From positions 201,314,001 to 201,378,000 of the forward strand of contig CM126205.1 in assembly GCA_052327205.1 (NCBI GenBank): a DNA stretch of 64,000 nucleotides, read 5' to 3'. Numbering within the stretch: the first letter of the stretch is position 1; the number at the start of each line of letters is the position of its first letter. The position numbers and the translations under genes were made by a program. Source of the stretch: Somniosus microcephalus (Eukaryota). Below are positions 1-13,262 of the stretch, piece after piece. The notes under the pieces are model-generated. The model saw nothing but the letters and a program-made list of their open reading frames with translations. It searched no databases and had not been told where the DNA came from.

Positions 1-185
1 CATGGCTCCACACTAAGGTAAGTAACAAAAGCTTGAAACTTACCTTTTGGATGGCAGCCTCCAACAGTCCCTTTAGTGACCACTGGTTTGGCTGCTGTGC
101 ACCTGCGATCAGTCTCCTCGAATTTCACAAAGGATCCTGAAACAGCGGTTAGACCCCTAATTTGCATAAGCCAAGCCACATGGAG

Positions 186-1246
186 TAGTGGATGTGGATT
201 TTCAAAAAGCATTTGATAAGGTGCCACACGAGAGTTTTTTACACAAAATTAGGGCTCATGGGATTGGGGGTAATATATTAGCATGGAGTGAGGATTGGTT
301 AACGGACAGAAAACAGAGAGCAGGAATAAACGGGTCATTTAGGACTGAGATGAAGAGAAATTTCTTCACTCAAAAGATTGTGAACCTTTGGAAAACTCTA
401 CCCCAAAGGGCTGTGGATGCTCAGTTGTTGAGTATATTCAAGACAAAGATCGCTAGATATGGGGATAGGTGAAGTTCAGGTAGAAGATTAGCCATAATCT
501 TACTGGCCCTGAATTTCCAATCGGAGGATTCCTGCGGGAGGGTGCCTCCGATCAGCAAAAAATCTACGAACCTACCTGCTGGTCCCAGAGATACGGAGGC
601 TTCTGATCCTGGGCCTCTCCTCTTGGAAATGTGCAGAGGCCTACGTATCCCAGGGACACATACGGTTCGTATGCACGGAGCTGTCAAAAGTACGGGGATG
701 ACTACAAAAATGCACAAACACACTGAAATCAATAAAGAAAAACCATTACAGATATAAAATTAATTAAAATGGCATTTCATTAATATGTTAAACAAAAATT
801 TAATTTTTTGAAAATGTTTTAATGGGGTTTAATATAAACTAACTTAATTGGACAAGGTTTCTAATTTATAAGCGAGTGATAAAATCTTATTTTTCTATTT
901 TTTTAAACTCTTATGCTGGTAAAAGTAGGCCATACGCCTGCTTTTACCAGCCGTAAGAATTCTATGGCCTTTCAGCGGGTGGCAGTTGAGCAAATAGCGC
1001 TACTCTCCACCCGCAGAGGCACTTTTCTTGGGCATGTGTTGGATCTGTCAAGAGAATTCTTGACAGATCGCAAGTTCTGGGTTTCAGCGCATGCACTCCG
1101 CATGCCTAAACCCGGAACCTGCGCGGCCCCTATGGCACGTACCCACCTCGTACGCACCCATGGGGTCGAAAAATATAGGCCAATGAATGGTGGAACAGGC
1201 TCAAAGAGCTGAACGCCTACTCCTGCTCCTATTTCTTATGTTCTTA
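186..1246 (+). mobile_element. Degraded, internally deleted CR1 LINE 3' fragment; its tail is split by a MITE
   Basis: RT motif [11 protein letters not shown] is fused directly to FRTEMKRNFFTQ. The CR1 tail (gccataatcttact|...|gaatggtggaacaggctc...ttatgttct) resumes at about 1183. Confidence 0.85.
505..1182. mobile_element. Non-autonomous DNA element (PIF/Harbinger-like MITE) inserted in a CR1 tail
   Basis: Ends ggccctgaattt...aaatataggcc. It interrupts an otherwise contiguous CR1 3' UTR, with a degenerate 3-bp duplication (act/aat). Confidence 0.7.
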
Positions 1247-1409
1247 AAATCAAGAAGCAATTTTTCACACAAAGTGTAGCGGAATCTGGAGCTCGCTTCC
1301 CCTAAAAGGCTCTGGAGGTTGGGTCAATTGAAATTTTCATGACTGAGACTGATAGATGTTTATTAGGTAAAGAAATCAAGGGATATGAAACAACAGCTGG
1401 TAAAAGGAC

Positions 1410-4175
1410 AAATGACAACAACGACGTGTATTTATATAGCACCTTTAACATAGTAAAATATCCCAATGCACTGCACAAGAGCGATTATTAGATACAAATT
1501 TGACACCAAGCCACATAAGGAGATATTAGGACAGATGACCGAAAGCTTGGACAAAAAGGTAGGTTTTAAGGAGGAGAGGTGGGGAGGTTTAGGGAGGGAG
1601 TTCCAGAGCTTAGGGCCCAGGCAGCTGAAGGCGTGGCCGCCAACAGTGGAGTGATTTAAATCAGGGATGCAAGAGAGGCCAGAAGTGGAGAGCGCAGAGA
1701 TCTCGAAGGCTTGCAGAGCTGGTGGAGGCTACAGAGATGGGATGGGGAGGGGCGAGGCCATGGAGGGATTTGAAAACAAGATGAGATTTTTAAAATTGAG
1801 GTATTGCTGGACTGGGAGTCAATGTAGGTCAGCGAGCACATGGGTGATGGGTGAACAGGACTTGGTTCGAGTTAGGATACGGGCAACAGAGTTTGGATGA
1901 ACTCAAGTTTATGTAGGATGGAGGCTGGCCAGGAGAGCATTGGAATAGTCAAGTTTAGAGGTAACGAAGGCATGGATGAGGGTTTCAGCAGATGATGAGC
2001 TGAGGCAGGGGCAGAGTCGGGCAATGTTACAGTGGTGGAAGTAAGTGGTCATGGTGATGGAGCAGATATGTAATCGGATATGTGGTCGGAAGCTCATCTC
2101 AGTGTCAAATAAGACACTAAGGTTGCGAGCAGTTTGGTTCAGCCTCAGACCAGTTGCCAGGGAGAGGAATGCAGTCAGTGGCAAGGGGATGGGGTTTGTT
2201 GCAGGGACCGAAGACAATGGCTTCGGTCTTCTCAATATTTGACTGGAGGAAATTTCTGCTCATCCACTACTAGATGTCGCATATGCAGTGTGCAAATCAA
2301 AGACAGTGGAGGGGTCAACAGAGCTGGTGGTGAGGTAGAGATGGGTGTCGTCAGCGTACATGTGGAACCTGACTTTGTGTTTGCAGATGATGTATCAGAG
2401 AGGCAGCATCTAGATGAGAACTAGGAGGGGGCCAAGGATAGATCCTTGGTAGACTCCAGAGGTAACGGTGTGGGAGCAGGAAGAGACACCACTGCAGGTG
2501 ATTCTCTGGCTGTGACCGAATAGATAAAAATGGAACCAGGAAAGGGTAGACCCACCCAGCTGGACGATGGAGGAGAGGGGTTGGAGGAGGATAGTGTGGT
2601 CAACCGTGCCAAAGGCTGCAGACATGTCGAGAAGGAGGAAAAGGAATAGTTTACCACGGTCAGTCACATAGGATGTCATCTGTGACTTTGATAAGGGTCG
2701 TTTCAGTACAGTGGCATGGGTGGAAATCCGATTGGAGGAATTTAAACATGGAGTTACAGGAAAGATGGGCACGGATTTGGGAGGCGTCAACATGTTCAAG
2801 GATTTTGGAGAGGAAAGGGAGTTTGGAGATGGGGCAGTTGTTTGCAAGGACAGAGGGGTCAAGGCTGGATTTTTTGAGAGGGGTGATGACAGCAGATTTG
2901 ATGGGGAGGGGGACAGTACCTGAGGAGAGGGAACCATTAACAATATCAGCTAATGGGAGCCAGGAAAGGAACATAGGTAGTCAGCAGTTTGGTGGGAATA
3001 GGGTAGAGTGAGCAGGAGGTGGGTCTCATGGACAAGATGCACTCGTAGAAGGCATGAGTGGAGATGAAGAGAAAGATGCAAGTTCAGGGCTAGGGCAGGG
3101 AAAGTTTGGCCTGGTGGGCTAGCGGAAGGGAGGGATGCGGCAAAGGCAGCTGAACGGATGGTCTCAGTTTTACTGACAGAGAAGTCCATAGCTCCTCGCA
3201 CTTGTTGAAAGTAAGGGTGGAGGAGGCAGGGGAGAGGGGTTGAAGAAGATGGTTTGTAGTGGAGAAGAGAAGCTGGGATTATCTTTGTATTCCAGGATGA
3301 TCCTGGAGTAGTGAGCAATTTCGGCAGAGGAGAGCAGGACCTGGTAGTGTTTTATATGGTCCAGCCAGAGCAGGCACATGAATGGTTAAACCAGTTATCT
3401 ACCATAGACGTTCAAGTCTACGACCCTTGGACTTAAGGAAGTGGAGATGAAGACTAGACAGTTGGGCATTTGAAAGTGCAGTTATAAGTGACTTGGGGAA
3501 GAGTTTTTCCCGGGTGGACACAGAAGGAAGTGGGGTTGGGAGGGGGAAGGGGGACGTGGGTGCAGAGCGATACAAGGAAGTAATCAGAGATAGCTTTATC
3601 TGTGACTGACACGATGGGAATGGCGAGGACACGTGAGATGTCGAGGTCGAGAGGGTGGGCGGGAATATGGGTAGGGGAGTTAATATGGAGGGAGAGATTT
3701 AGGGAGGATAGCGGGGCAGTGAACTCAGAGGAGTTGACACGGAAGTTGAAATCATCGAGAATGAGAAGTCGCTCGGTGCAGAGGCTGAGGGAGAAATGCA
3801 GTGAAGATATCTCGGCTTGGTGCTTGGATGGGCAGTAGAGAACAAAGATTTTAAATGAGGCGAGGGGGTGGAACAAGGTGAGATGCTCAAAGAAGGTGCC
3901 AGAGGAGTGGGGGTCAGACTAAGGGATAAGGGCTACACTGCCACCACAACGGTTTGGGTGGAACAAGTGGTGGAAGATGTCGCCAGGCAGGGAAGCTTCA
4001 GTAAGGGGGAAGGTGTCATCACCCCTCAGCCTGGTTTCCGTCAAAGCCATGATCTCGATGCAATCATGCACAATAAGCTCATGGATGGCAAGGGCCTTGT
4101 TCACAAGCGAATGGACATTCTGGAGGGAGATGCGGAGAGGGGCAGTGATAGCTGATCCGCTAGGAGTGTCCACAA
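1410..4175 (-). mobile_element. L2 LINE, degraded ORF2 (APE + RT) with 3' tail
   Basis: Minus-strand fragments LQNVHSLVNKALAIHELI...ALTET (APE), PISKLPFLSKILEH, LLDMSAAFGTVDH, ETLIHAFVTSKLDYSNALL. L2 tail near 1425-1480. Confidence 0.9.
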
Positions 4176-4180
4176 GCTAC

Positions 4181-4252
4181 AGATCAACCATGATCTAAAT
4201 GAATGATGGAACAAGCTTGAGGGGCTAAATGGCCTACTCCTGTTCCTGTGTT
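4181..4252 (+). mobile_element. Ultra-short CR1 3' tail
   Basis: agatcaaccatgatcta...gaggggctaaatggcctactcctgttcctgtg, the same stem-loop tail as the other CR1 copies. Confidence 0.8.
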
Positions 4253-5561
4253 TCAACGGTCCATAATTCTCCACAACGGCGTTATTGGCGACGAACACCC
4301 TAAGTTAGACCATTGTGTTCCCTGATCCTCCAGTGACAAATTTACGTCAAAATTTGCTGGTGAACTGATTTGAATACGCCTTTGTGAGCGTAGCAGCGAA
4401 TTAGAAGCAGTGCAGCCAATGGCCAATGTATTGATCCAGCCGATTTTATAGCTTGTAAATAATTCTGATTGCATCGAGTTTCCAAAAGTCCTGATTTATT
4501 AATATTCCGATAGATTACAGATTATGGTTTGTAAAGGTGCTTACTAGTGGCAGATTGTAATATTTACTTCTTCTCAAGTTTAGTTACCTAACTTACCTCA
4601 AAGATTTTTGAGGTTCGTTTAATTCTTTAAGGTAAAACCCATTTCGGGGCCATGTGTAACAGAACGTATAGATACACTAATGCTTATTATGATGGGAATG
4701 ATTACGATGCCAAATTATGCATCTCAATAAGGGTGCTTTGATCGATGACTTATCAGCTCCTAAACTGAACTCTATGCTCCTGCAGACAAAAGTGCTAACT
4801 GTGATTGGATTTAGGAGAATGGGTCTGGGGATTCTCTTCGGATTTATCTTGTGTGTACCGCATGGATAATGAGGCATAAAAAGCAGCTATCTTGAATAAA
4901 TAAATAAATCATGCTGCTGCCAGGGCTCCAGTGCCATTATTTTTCAGTCTAAGTGGCAGCGACGTGAACACTGGCTTAAATGCAGCAATTCACAATTGCC
5001 TCTGATTTTAATAGGGCAGAACAGCCCAAAAGTCCCCAGAAATTATGAAGTAATGATATAGATCAATCTTGCCACAATTTCCTGGAACTTAGTATAATGG
5101 CATATGCCATAGGTGCGACATCATTATTGCGCAGGTTTTCAGCAAATTTCGGATCTATATTTCAATGAGCACAATGCCAATTTCAGGCAGGTGCTCTGGG
5201 CGATGATAGGGCACTCTAACCAATATGGCATGCGGAGCACTTCCTGCACAGAATGAGCGCACGCACACCACACGCCACAGTGGGTCCTGCAGCACCCATT
5301 TTCCGCCCGTCAAAAGAGGCTCTTCGCAATCGAATTTCTAGGCCACAGTGGGATAATGTAAATTAGTTGTGCACGTGGAGTCAGTGAGAGTGATAATAAT
5401 GATGCACTGCGCAACTGACACTTCTCTCTCTTAAAAACAAAAATTGTTAAGCACTTCTTCATTATGCAGTGCCCATTTCAAATTATAACTTTACTATTAG
5501 TCACAAACATACATAGTCATAAAAAAGCTTCAATTCTGTTGAAGCCATAACAGTCACATAC

Positions 5562-5725
5562 CTTTTGCTGACTGACACTTTCTTTTCTTCAGTGTCTTCA
5601 GGTTTCTTACCAGGTGTCATCTTGTCTGCACTATCAAGGAGAGCGCTTAGTGCCACCCTTCTAAAAACATTCCCATGAGCCTCTTTGACGAATTGAACAA
5701 GTTGACGAATGTCGCAATAAAGCCC
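5562..5725 (-). CDS. UNC80: UNC80 coding exon (last confidently identified in window): GLYCDIRQLVQFVKEAHGNVFRRVALSALLDSADKMTPGKKPEDTEEKKVSVSK(R)
   Basis: Acceptor ttctttag, donor gtatgt, 164 nt, phase 0->2. Conserved EAHGNVFRRVALSALLDS motif. Confidence 0.94.
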
Positions 5726-6129
5726 CTAAAGAAAATGTATATAAACGCTTTCTATATCAATATGCTGAGGATTCACTATTGTAAAATGGACTGAATGCAG
5801 TCACCCATTTTTGTTTAGGTTTAGGATTATATTTGTTTGAAATAAAAATTACTAAACCCCTGTAAAGGGCTTGTGATACAAAAATGATTTAATCGTACTT
5901 GTTTTTAGTTAATGTTCAGTCATGATAGTTAAAAGTTCCATTCTGCTGGAAAAAATCTTATTATATCCTGTAACTATTTTTTTCCTGTGTACATAATATA
6001 TAAATAAAACCAAAGAACAAATGATCGATGCCACAGGTAAGTCATAAGGTTGCAATCTAATCATTTGGCTAAAATGACTGAACCCCCAATTTATTTTTCT
6101 AAAACACAAATGGAATTCGCTAACTTTTA

Positions 6130-6741
6130 GGGGAAATATTGGGGCGCTAATTTTAGTGCCCTGAAAAGGTTAGCGCCCCCGCGGCCGATTTTCCCAGGTA
6201 GCGCCGAGGGTGAGGAGGGGCGCTACTGGAAGCGCCCCGCGTCCCTCTTGGGGCGCTGCGAGCCAATATCGCACTGCGGAACTGCAGGCCTTCCTCCCCT
6301 TATTAAAGGGGCGGGGCCTGGCGCAGGGCATCCCGGCGCCCAGCTGGGCCACCAGAGGTCGGGAGTGCCGGCAAATGAGCCCGGTACTCAAGAGGAGTAC
6401 TGGGCTCACGGAGAGCAGTCGGCACCCCGCGAAGGGGGGGGCTTCACGGGGGCCGGGAACAGCAACGGGGGCAGGTGCTGGCAGGCGGCCAGCAACAAAA
6501 ATGGCCGCCCACCACCTCCCCTTTAACTAGCGCCGCCCCGACCGCAGGTAAGCCTCCCTGACCCCAGTGGACATAGCGTCCGGTGGTAAGTGGGGGGGGC
6601 GCCACCCAGTATTACAGCCGGGGCGCTGCGCATGGCAGCGCCACACGGCGCTAATGATTAGTGCGCAGCGCCCAGGCACCAGTTGATTTGTGCCACGTTA
6701 GGGCGCTAACAGGAGGCGCAAATCAACCGAATTTAGCCCCC
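6130..6741. mobile_element. GC-rich PIF/Harbinger-like MITE
   Basis: Imperfect TIRs ggggaaatattgg / ccgaatttagcccc, flanked by TTA on both sides. Forms a GC island in an AT-rich intron. Confidence 0.72.
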
Positions 6742-7107
6742 TTAAATTTTACCCTTTTCACCTGTTGCTTTCCATGTAGTGATAACCCCCTTTCTATCCG
6801 AGGAGATTATGCAACTGAAATCAGTTTAAGATTCAGAATAGGTATGGTTAAATAATTTTACTTTTGATACTCTAGGAGTTTTACCATACAACAGATTATG
6901 CTATAAATGAACAGTTCCTACATCAGTTCACTATACTTTCTCTTGATTCTCGGTAAACCAGTAAAAAGGTTAAGGACCTTGTTAATCTAATTTATAAGAA
7001 GAAGCTTCTCTTGGAACTTAATTTCCATGCAAATATTATTATAAAGGTGACATACCATGAAGACAATTATCAGTCACAACAAATTGGCTTCCAAAAGAGA
7101 TTCTTAC

Positions 7108-7256
7108 CAGATTCTCAGCACTGTGTAATTCATGTGTAGTGGATGCACATCGTGTGATCAGAGGCTTGAACATGCAGCTCACAATAATTGCTTCCATACT
7201 CCGTGCAACTGATTTACTGTCACCAGTGGTAAAATTATTTCCAAATCCAGCCTTGT
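7108..7256 (-). CDS. UNC80: UNC80 coding exon: (N)KAGFGNNFTTGDSKSVARSMEAIIVSCMFKPLITRCASTTHELHSAENL
   Basis: Acceptor catttag, donor gtaaga, 149 nt, phase 1->0. Confidence 0.95.
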
Positions 7257-7680
7257 CTAAATGTATAGAAAATACAAATGAATACTGTACTTACTAAGGC
7301 CCATGTTCACATCCTTCTGCTCTTTTTCACCAATTATGAACAATTTTCTTTCACCTGTCCTTAATCCTCTTAAACCTATCTTACTCCCACTGGTCTACAA
7401 ATCATTTACTATCCTTATTGTGAGGTGCTGGCTGCACATCAATTAACATGGTAATTTCCAAATAATAGCTGTTTTTTGTTATGAAGTTTCAATTGTTGTG
7501 ACTCAATAGCCAACTCCTAAATGTAGATTTTTTTACAATACCATTATTGAATTGTGCTTGCAGCTAATTGAAACAACTGTTTTTACCGCAGAAGATTAAC
7601 TTCTACGATTTTAACTCATTCCCACTCAATTTTTAAAAATTTTACTTCCCACACTATCCAATTTCCTCTCTTCCTTAAGT

Positions 7681-7830
7681 GTCAGCTGTGGCTCAGTGGG
7701 TAGCACTTCTGAGTCACGTGGTTGTGGGTTCAAGTCCCACTCCGGAGACTTGATCATGAAATATAGGCCGACACTTCAGTGCATTACTGAGAGAGTGTGC
7801 TGCACTGTCGGAGGTGCCACCTTTCTGAAG
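7681..7830 (+). mobile_element. tRNA-headed Deu-domain SINE (SacSINE1-like), 5' part
   Basis: A-box tggctcagtgg and B-box ggttcaagtccc, followed by gcactgtcggaggtgcc, which is shared with 39770-40130. Confidence 0.75.
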
Positions 7831-10800
7831 AGAAAAATAGCAATTTGGGCAAAATCAAGCAGTGTGTGTCAGGAAGGGAAAGAAAGTTTAACAAAGGTAA
7901 TAGGGCATTAGTGACTAAGGTTACATCAGGGAAAATAATATCTTAAAATTAAAGGCGCTATATCTGAATGCACAAAGCATTTACATAGATACATAGATAC
8001 ATAGAAGATAGGAGCAGGAGTAGGCCATTCGGCCCTTCGTGCCTGCTCCGCCATTTAATGAGATCATGGCTGATCCTTTAATTCAGTATCCCGTCCCCGC
8101 CTTCTCTCCGTAACCCTTAACCCCTTTTGCCCGTAGAAATATATCTAATTCCCTCTTAAATATATTTAATGAGCTGGCATACACTGCCCTCTGTGGCAAT
8201 GAGTTCCACAGGTTCACCACTCTCTGAGTGAAGAAATTCCCCCTCATCTCTGTCCTAAATGGTTTAGCCCTTATCCTTAAATTATGTCCTCTAGTTCTGT
8301 TCTCACCCGCCAAGGGAAACATTCCTTCTGCATCCAGTCTGTCTAGACCTGTCAGAATTTTATACACTTCTATGAGGTCCCCTCTCAATCTTCTAAACTC
8401 CAGTGTGTACATCCCTAAACTACATAGTCTCTCCTCATAGGTCATTCCCGCCATTCCTGGTATCAGCCTGGTGAATCGCCGCTGCACCCCCTCCATGGCA
8501 AGAACATCCTTCCTCAGATGAGGCGACCAAAACTGTACACAGTACTCGAGGTGTGGTCTCACCAGTGCCCTGTACAGCTGCAGCAAGGTATCCCTGTTCC
8601 TGTATTCTAACCCTTTTGCTATGAAGGCCAGCATACCGTTTGCCTTCTTGACCGCCTGTTGCACCTGCATGCTCGCCTTCAGTGACTGGTGTACAAGAAC
8701 ACCCAGGTCTCTCTGTACTTCCCCCTCTCCCAATCTATTGCCATTTAAATAATAATTTGCCCTCCCGTTCCTGCACCCAAGGTGGATAACTTCGCACTTG
8801 TCCACATTATAGTGCATCTGCCATTTATCCGCCCAATCGCCCAGTCTGTCCAAATCGCTCTGGAGCTTCCTGGTCTCTTCCTCTGAGCCCACCCCACCTC
8901 CTAGTTTAGTGTCGTCTGCAAATTTGGAAATGCTGCATCCGACTCCCTGATCCAGGTCATTAATGTAAATTGTGAACAGCTGGGGGCCCAGGACAGATCC
9001 CTGTGGTACCCCACTTGTTACTGCCTGCCATTCAGAAAATGAGCCGTTTATTCCAACTCTCTGTTTTCTATCTGACAGCCAGTTCCCTATCCACGCCAAA
9101 ACTTTCCCCTTTATCCCATGAGCCTCAATTTTCCATGCTAATCTTTTATGTGGGACCTTATCGAAGGCCTTTTGGAAGTCCAGGTACACCACACCACATC
9201 ACATTTGTAACAAGATAGATGAATTAATGGCACAAATAGAAATAAATGGGTTTCATCTCATAGCCATTACTGAGATGTAGTTGCAGGGCGACCAAGGTTG
9301 GGAACTAAATATTCCAGGCTACTTGATTTTTTAGAAAATATAAGCAAAATGGAAAAGCAGGGGGAGTAGCCCTGATAATAAAGGATAAGATAAAGACTGT
9401 AGTGAGAAAGGATCTTGGCCTAGATAATCAGGATGTAGAATCAGTATGGGTGGAGCTAAGAAATAGCAAAGGACAGAAAATACTGGTGGGAGTAGTTTAT
9501 AGGCCCCCTAACAGTAGTTAGTGTTGGACAGAGTATAAATCAGCAAATTAAAGGAGCATGTAACGAGGGTAATGCAATAATCCTGGGGGACTTTAATCGT
9601 CATATAGACTGGGCAAACCAAATTGGCAAAAGTAGTTTGGAGGACGAGTTCATAGAATGCATTTGAGACAGTTTTCTAGAACAATATGTCCAGGAACCAA
9701 CTAGGAAACAGGCTATTTTAGATCTAGTATTGTGTAATGAGACAGGGTTAATTAGTAATCTTATAGTAAAGGATGCTTTGGGGAAGAGCGATCATAATAT
9801 GATAGAATTTCATATTGAGTTTGAGAGTGTAGTGGTTAAGTCCGAAACTAGGGACTTATATTTAAACAAAGTCAATTACGGAGGTAAGAGGGGCGAGTTG
9901 GCCAAGGTAGATTGGGAAATTAGATTAAAAGGATGTGACGATAGATAAACAATGGTGAACATTTAATGAAATTAATCATAATTCTCAATTCATCCTTGAG
10001 TAATAAAAACTCCACTGGAAAAGTGGTCCAACCGTGGCTAACTAGAGAAGTAAAGGAGAGTATTAGATTAAAAGAGGCTTGCAATGTTGTCAAAAAGAGT
10101 AGCAAGTCTGAGGAATAGGAGGGTTTAGAAATTAGCAAAGGATGACCAAAAAATTGATAAAGAATGAGAGTAAACTAGCAAGAAATATAAAAACAGATTG
10201 CAAGAGCTTCTACAAGTATGTAAAAAGAAAGAGATTAGCAAAAGTAAGCATGGGTCCCTGAGAGGCAGAGACAGAAGAAATTATAATGGGGAATAAGGAA
10301 ATGGCAGAGACTTTAAACAAGTATTTTGTAGCTGTCTTCATCGTAAAAGACACAAAAAAGCAAAAATAGTGGGGAACCAAGGGTCTAATGAGAGTGAGGA
10401 ACTTAAAGTAATTAATATTAGTAAAGAAAAAGTACTGGTAAAATGAATAGGACTAAAAGCCGACAAATCCCCTGGACCTGATGGCCTACATCCTAGGGTT
10501 TTCAAAGAGGTGGCTGCAGAGATAGTGGATGTATTGGTTTTGATCTTCTAGAATTCCCTAGATTCTAGAACGGTCCTCGTGGATTGGAACATAGCAAATG
10601 TAATCCCGCTACTCAAGAAAGGAGGGAGAGAGAAACCAGGGAACTAAAAGCTAGTTAGCCTGACATCAGTAGTAGGAAAAATACTTGAATCTATTATTAG
10701 GGACGTGGTAAAAGGGCACTTAGAAAATCATAGGCAGAGTCATCATGGTTTTAGGAAAGGGAAATCGTGTTTGACAAATCTATTAGAGGTTTTTTTTAGG

Positions 10801-12058
10801 TATAACTAGGAGAGCAGATAAGGGGGAACCAGTGGATGTAGTACATTTGAATTTTCAGAAGGCATTCGATAAGGTGCCACACAGGAGGTTATTACACAAG
10901 ATTAGAACTCATGGGATTGGGAGTAATATTAGCTTGGATTGAGGATTGGTTAACGGACAGAAAACAGAGCATAGGAATAAATGGGTCATTTTTGGGTTGG
11001 CAGGTTGTAACTAGTGGGGTGCCACAAGGATCAGTGCTTGGGCCTCAGCTATTTACAATCTATTTCAAGGACTTAGATGAAGGGACCAAGTGTAATGTAT
11101 CCAGGTTTGCTGATGATACAAAGCTAGGTGGGAAAGTAAGCTGTGAGGAGGATGCAAAAAGGCTACAAAGGAAAAGAGACAGGTTAAGTGAGTGGGTAAG
11201 AAGGTGGCAGACAATCATGTGGGGAAATGTGAAATTATCACTTTGGTAGAAAAAATAGAAAAGCAGAATATTTTTTAAATGATGAGAGACTAGTAAATGT
11301 TGAAATGCAGAGGAATTTAGGTGTCCTTGTACATGAATCACAGAAAGCAAACATGAAGGTACAGCAAGCAATTAGAAAGGCAAATGGTATGTTAGCCTTT
11401 ATTGCAAAGGGGTTGGAGTATAAGGGTAAGGAAGTCTTGTTGCAATTATATAGGGTCTTGGTGAGACCACAGCTGGAGCACTGTGTACAGTTTTGGTCTC
11501 CTTAACTTATGAAGGACATACTTGCCAGAGAGAGGGTGCAACGAAGGTTTACTAGATTGATTCATGGGATGAGAGGGTTGTCCTATGAGGAGAGATGGAG
11601 TAGAATGGGCCTATATTCTCTGGGATTTAGAAGAATGAGAGGTGCTCTCATTGAAACGTATAAAATTCTTAGAAGGCTTCCAAAGATTCACAAACCTCTG
11701 AGTGAAGAAATTAGATGCCGAGAGCCTGTTTCCTCTGGTTGGAGAGTCTAGAACTAGGGGCCATAGTCTCAGGATAATGGGTCGGCCGTTTGGGACTGAG
11801 ATGAGAAAAAATGTCTTCACTCAGAGGTTTGTGAATCTTTGGAATTCTCTACCCTAGAGGGCTGCGGATGCTCAGTCATTGAGTATATTCAAGATACAGA
11901 CTGATAGATTTTTGGACACTAAGGAAATCAATGGATATGGGGATAGGGCAGGAAAGTGGAGTTGAGGTAGAAGATTAGCCATGATCTTACTGAATGGCGA
12001 AGCAGGCTCGAGTGGCCTTATGGCCAACTCCTGCTCCTATTTCTTTTGTTTTTATGTT
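7830..12058 (+). mobile_element. Old CR1 LINE (ORF2 APE-RT with stops and frameshifts) interrupted by a younger CR1
   Basis: APE and RT peptide fragments ([40 protein letters not shown]) and a CR1 tail ending about 12058. Confidence 0.92.
7983..9200 (-). mobile_element. Young 5'-truncated CR1 with an uninterrupted 369-aa RT C-terminal frame
   Basis: ORF 8083-9192. Tail with (tatgtatc)n repeats. Flanked by a cattt duplication in the host CR1. Confidence 0.95.
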
Positions 12059-12224
12059 CCTCCGCAGAAGCCATTCCCTAGTAGCTCAACAAAGTAGGTA
12101 ATTTTCCTATGTGAGCCTAGATGGTGAATATTTGTAGGCTGTTCAACTATGGGAGCACCACAGCCAAGTTCAATCCTGTATTCACCTGACATCCAAAGAC
12201 ATGCACTTTTCATAGATCCACAGT

Positions 12225-13262
12225 GGTGTACATCACAGAAGGAGACCATTCGGCCTGTCATGTTTGTGCCGGCTCCTTACTAAACCAATCCAAAACTAAT
12301 CCCACTCTCTTCCTCTGCTACAAATGTTTATCCAATTTTTCTTAAAAGATGCAATGGTTTCTGCCTCAACTACCCAATATAGAGCAGAAGCATTTACCTA
12401 GGACTAAGCATTTTAGGTGCCAACAACTCTGCATAAAGATTTTTTTTCTGACCCATCTCCTCACTCTCTTAGTGGCACTTTTAATTTGGTGACCCCATCA
12501 CTTACTCCCCAGCTGGAGGAATTTGTATTTCCCTTTGACATTTTAAAAACCTTTCTTAAATTTCCTCCTAGCCATCTCTGCTGCAATGGAAATAGTCCTA
12601 ATATTTCAAGTTGCTCTTCATAGCTATAATTTGCCATCCCTGAAATCATCTTGCTGGATGAAGACTCTATATGGCTCTATAATGCTGTTTCTTTTATGGG
12701 GCTCCCAAAACTGCACACAGTACACTAACTGTAGCTAAACCAATGTTTTGTGCAAATTTATTAATGTTTCTTTACTCTTGCCCCTATTTCTAAGATCCAA
12801 AATACTACGTATTAGCGTTTCTTTATGGCATTATCTGCAATCACATTTTCAGCAAATTATATACTTGAACCCCTAGATCTCTCTGTTCATCCACAACCTT
12901 CAGCTTCCTTCCATTGGGTGTATACTTCCTCGTCTTTCCTCCAAAAACCAAAAATGTATTAACTCACACTTATCCACACTAAATTGCAGCCGAAACCGGT
13001 TTGCCCTTTCCGCTAATCGTGACATCTTTTACAGTCCTCCCCAATGTTTGTCAAGCCCCCTACATTTGTTTCGTCAACATATTTTGAGTTTGTGCTCCCG
13101 ATACACAAGTTCAAATCATCATCTATATAGTGAGAACAAAAGTTGACATAGCATGGGCCGCTGGGATACACCATTTCCAACATTTTTCCAATGTGAACAT
13201 CTATTTACCGTATTTCTTTTTTTCCTGTCTGTCAAACAACTCTATTTCCATGTTGCTACACT
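12225..13262 (-). mobile_element. Ancient degraded CR1 fragment, flanked by pieces of a probable SINE (about 12060-12210 and 13262-13430)
   Basis: Peptide MISGMANYSYEEQLEILGLFPL; ggctcccaaaactgcacacagtac matches the CR1 YCVQFW region. Confidence 0.7.

Noticed and set aside
4700-4779. Possible next UNC80 exon (acceptor ttttgtctgcag, phase-compatible RSIEFSLGADKSSIKAP...)
   Set aside because: Only faint resemblance to the expected peptide, no convincing donor, and a stop codon follows; RNA evidence would be needed.
6170-6855. GC-rich ORFs / CpG-island promoter
   Set aside because: The GC island coincides with a TIR- and TSD-bounded MITE, and the ORFs have no recognisable motifs.
7681-7765. 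tRNA gene (also the head at 20884-20970)
   Set aside because: A/B boxes are present but I could not fold a full cloverleaf, and the sequence continues into a SINE or LINE body.
8083-9192. Intact 369-aa RT ORF as a domesticated gene
   Set aside because: It lacks the RT N-terminus and a true ATG start, and has a CR1 tail and TSD; it is simply a young truncated insertion.
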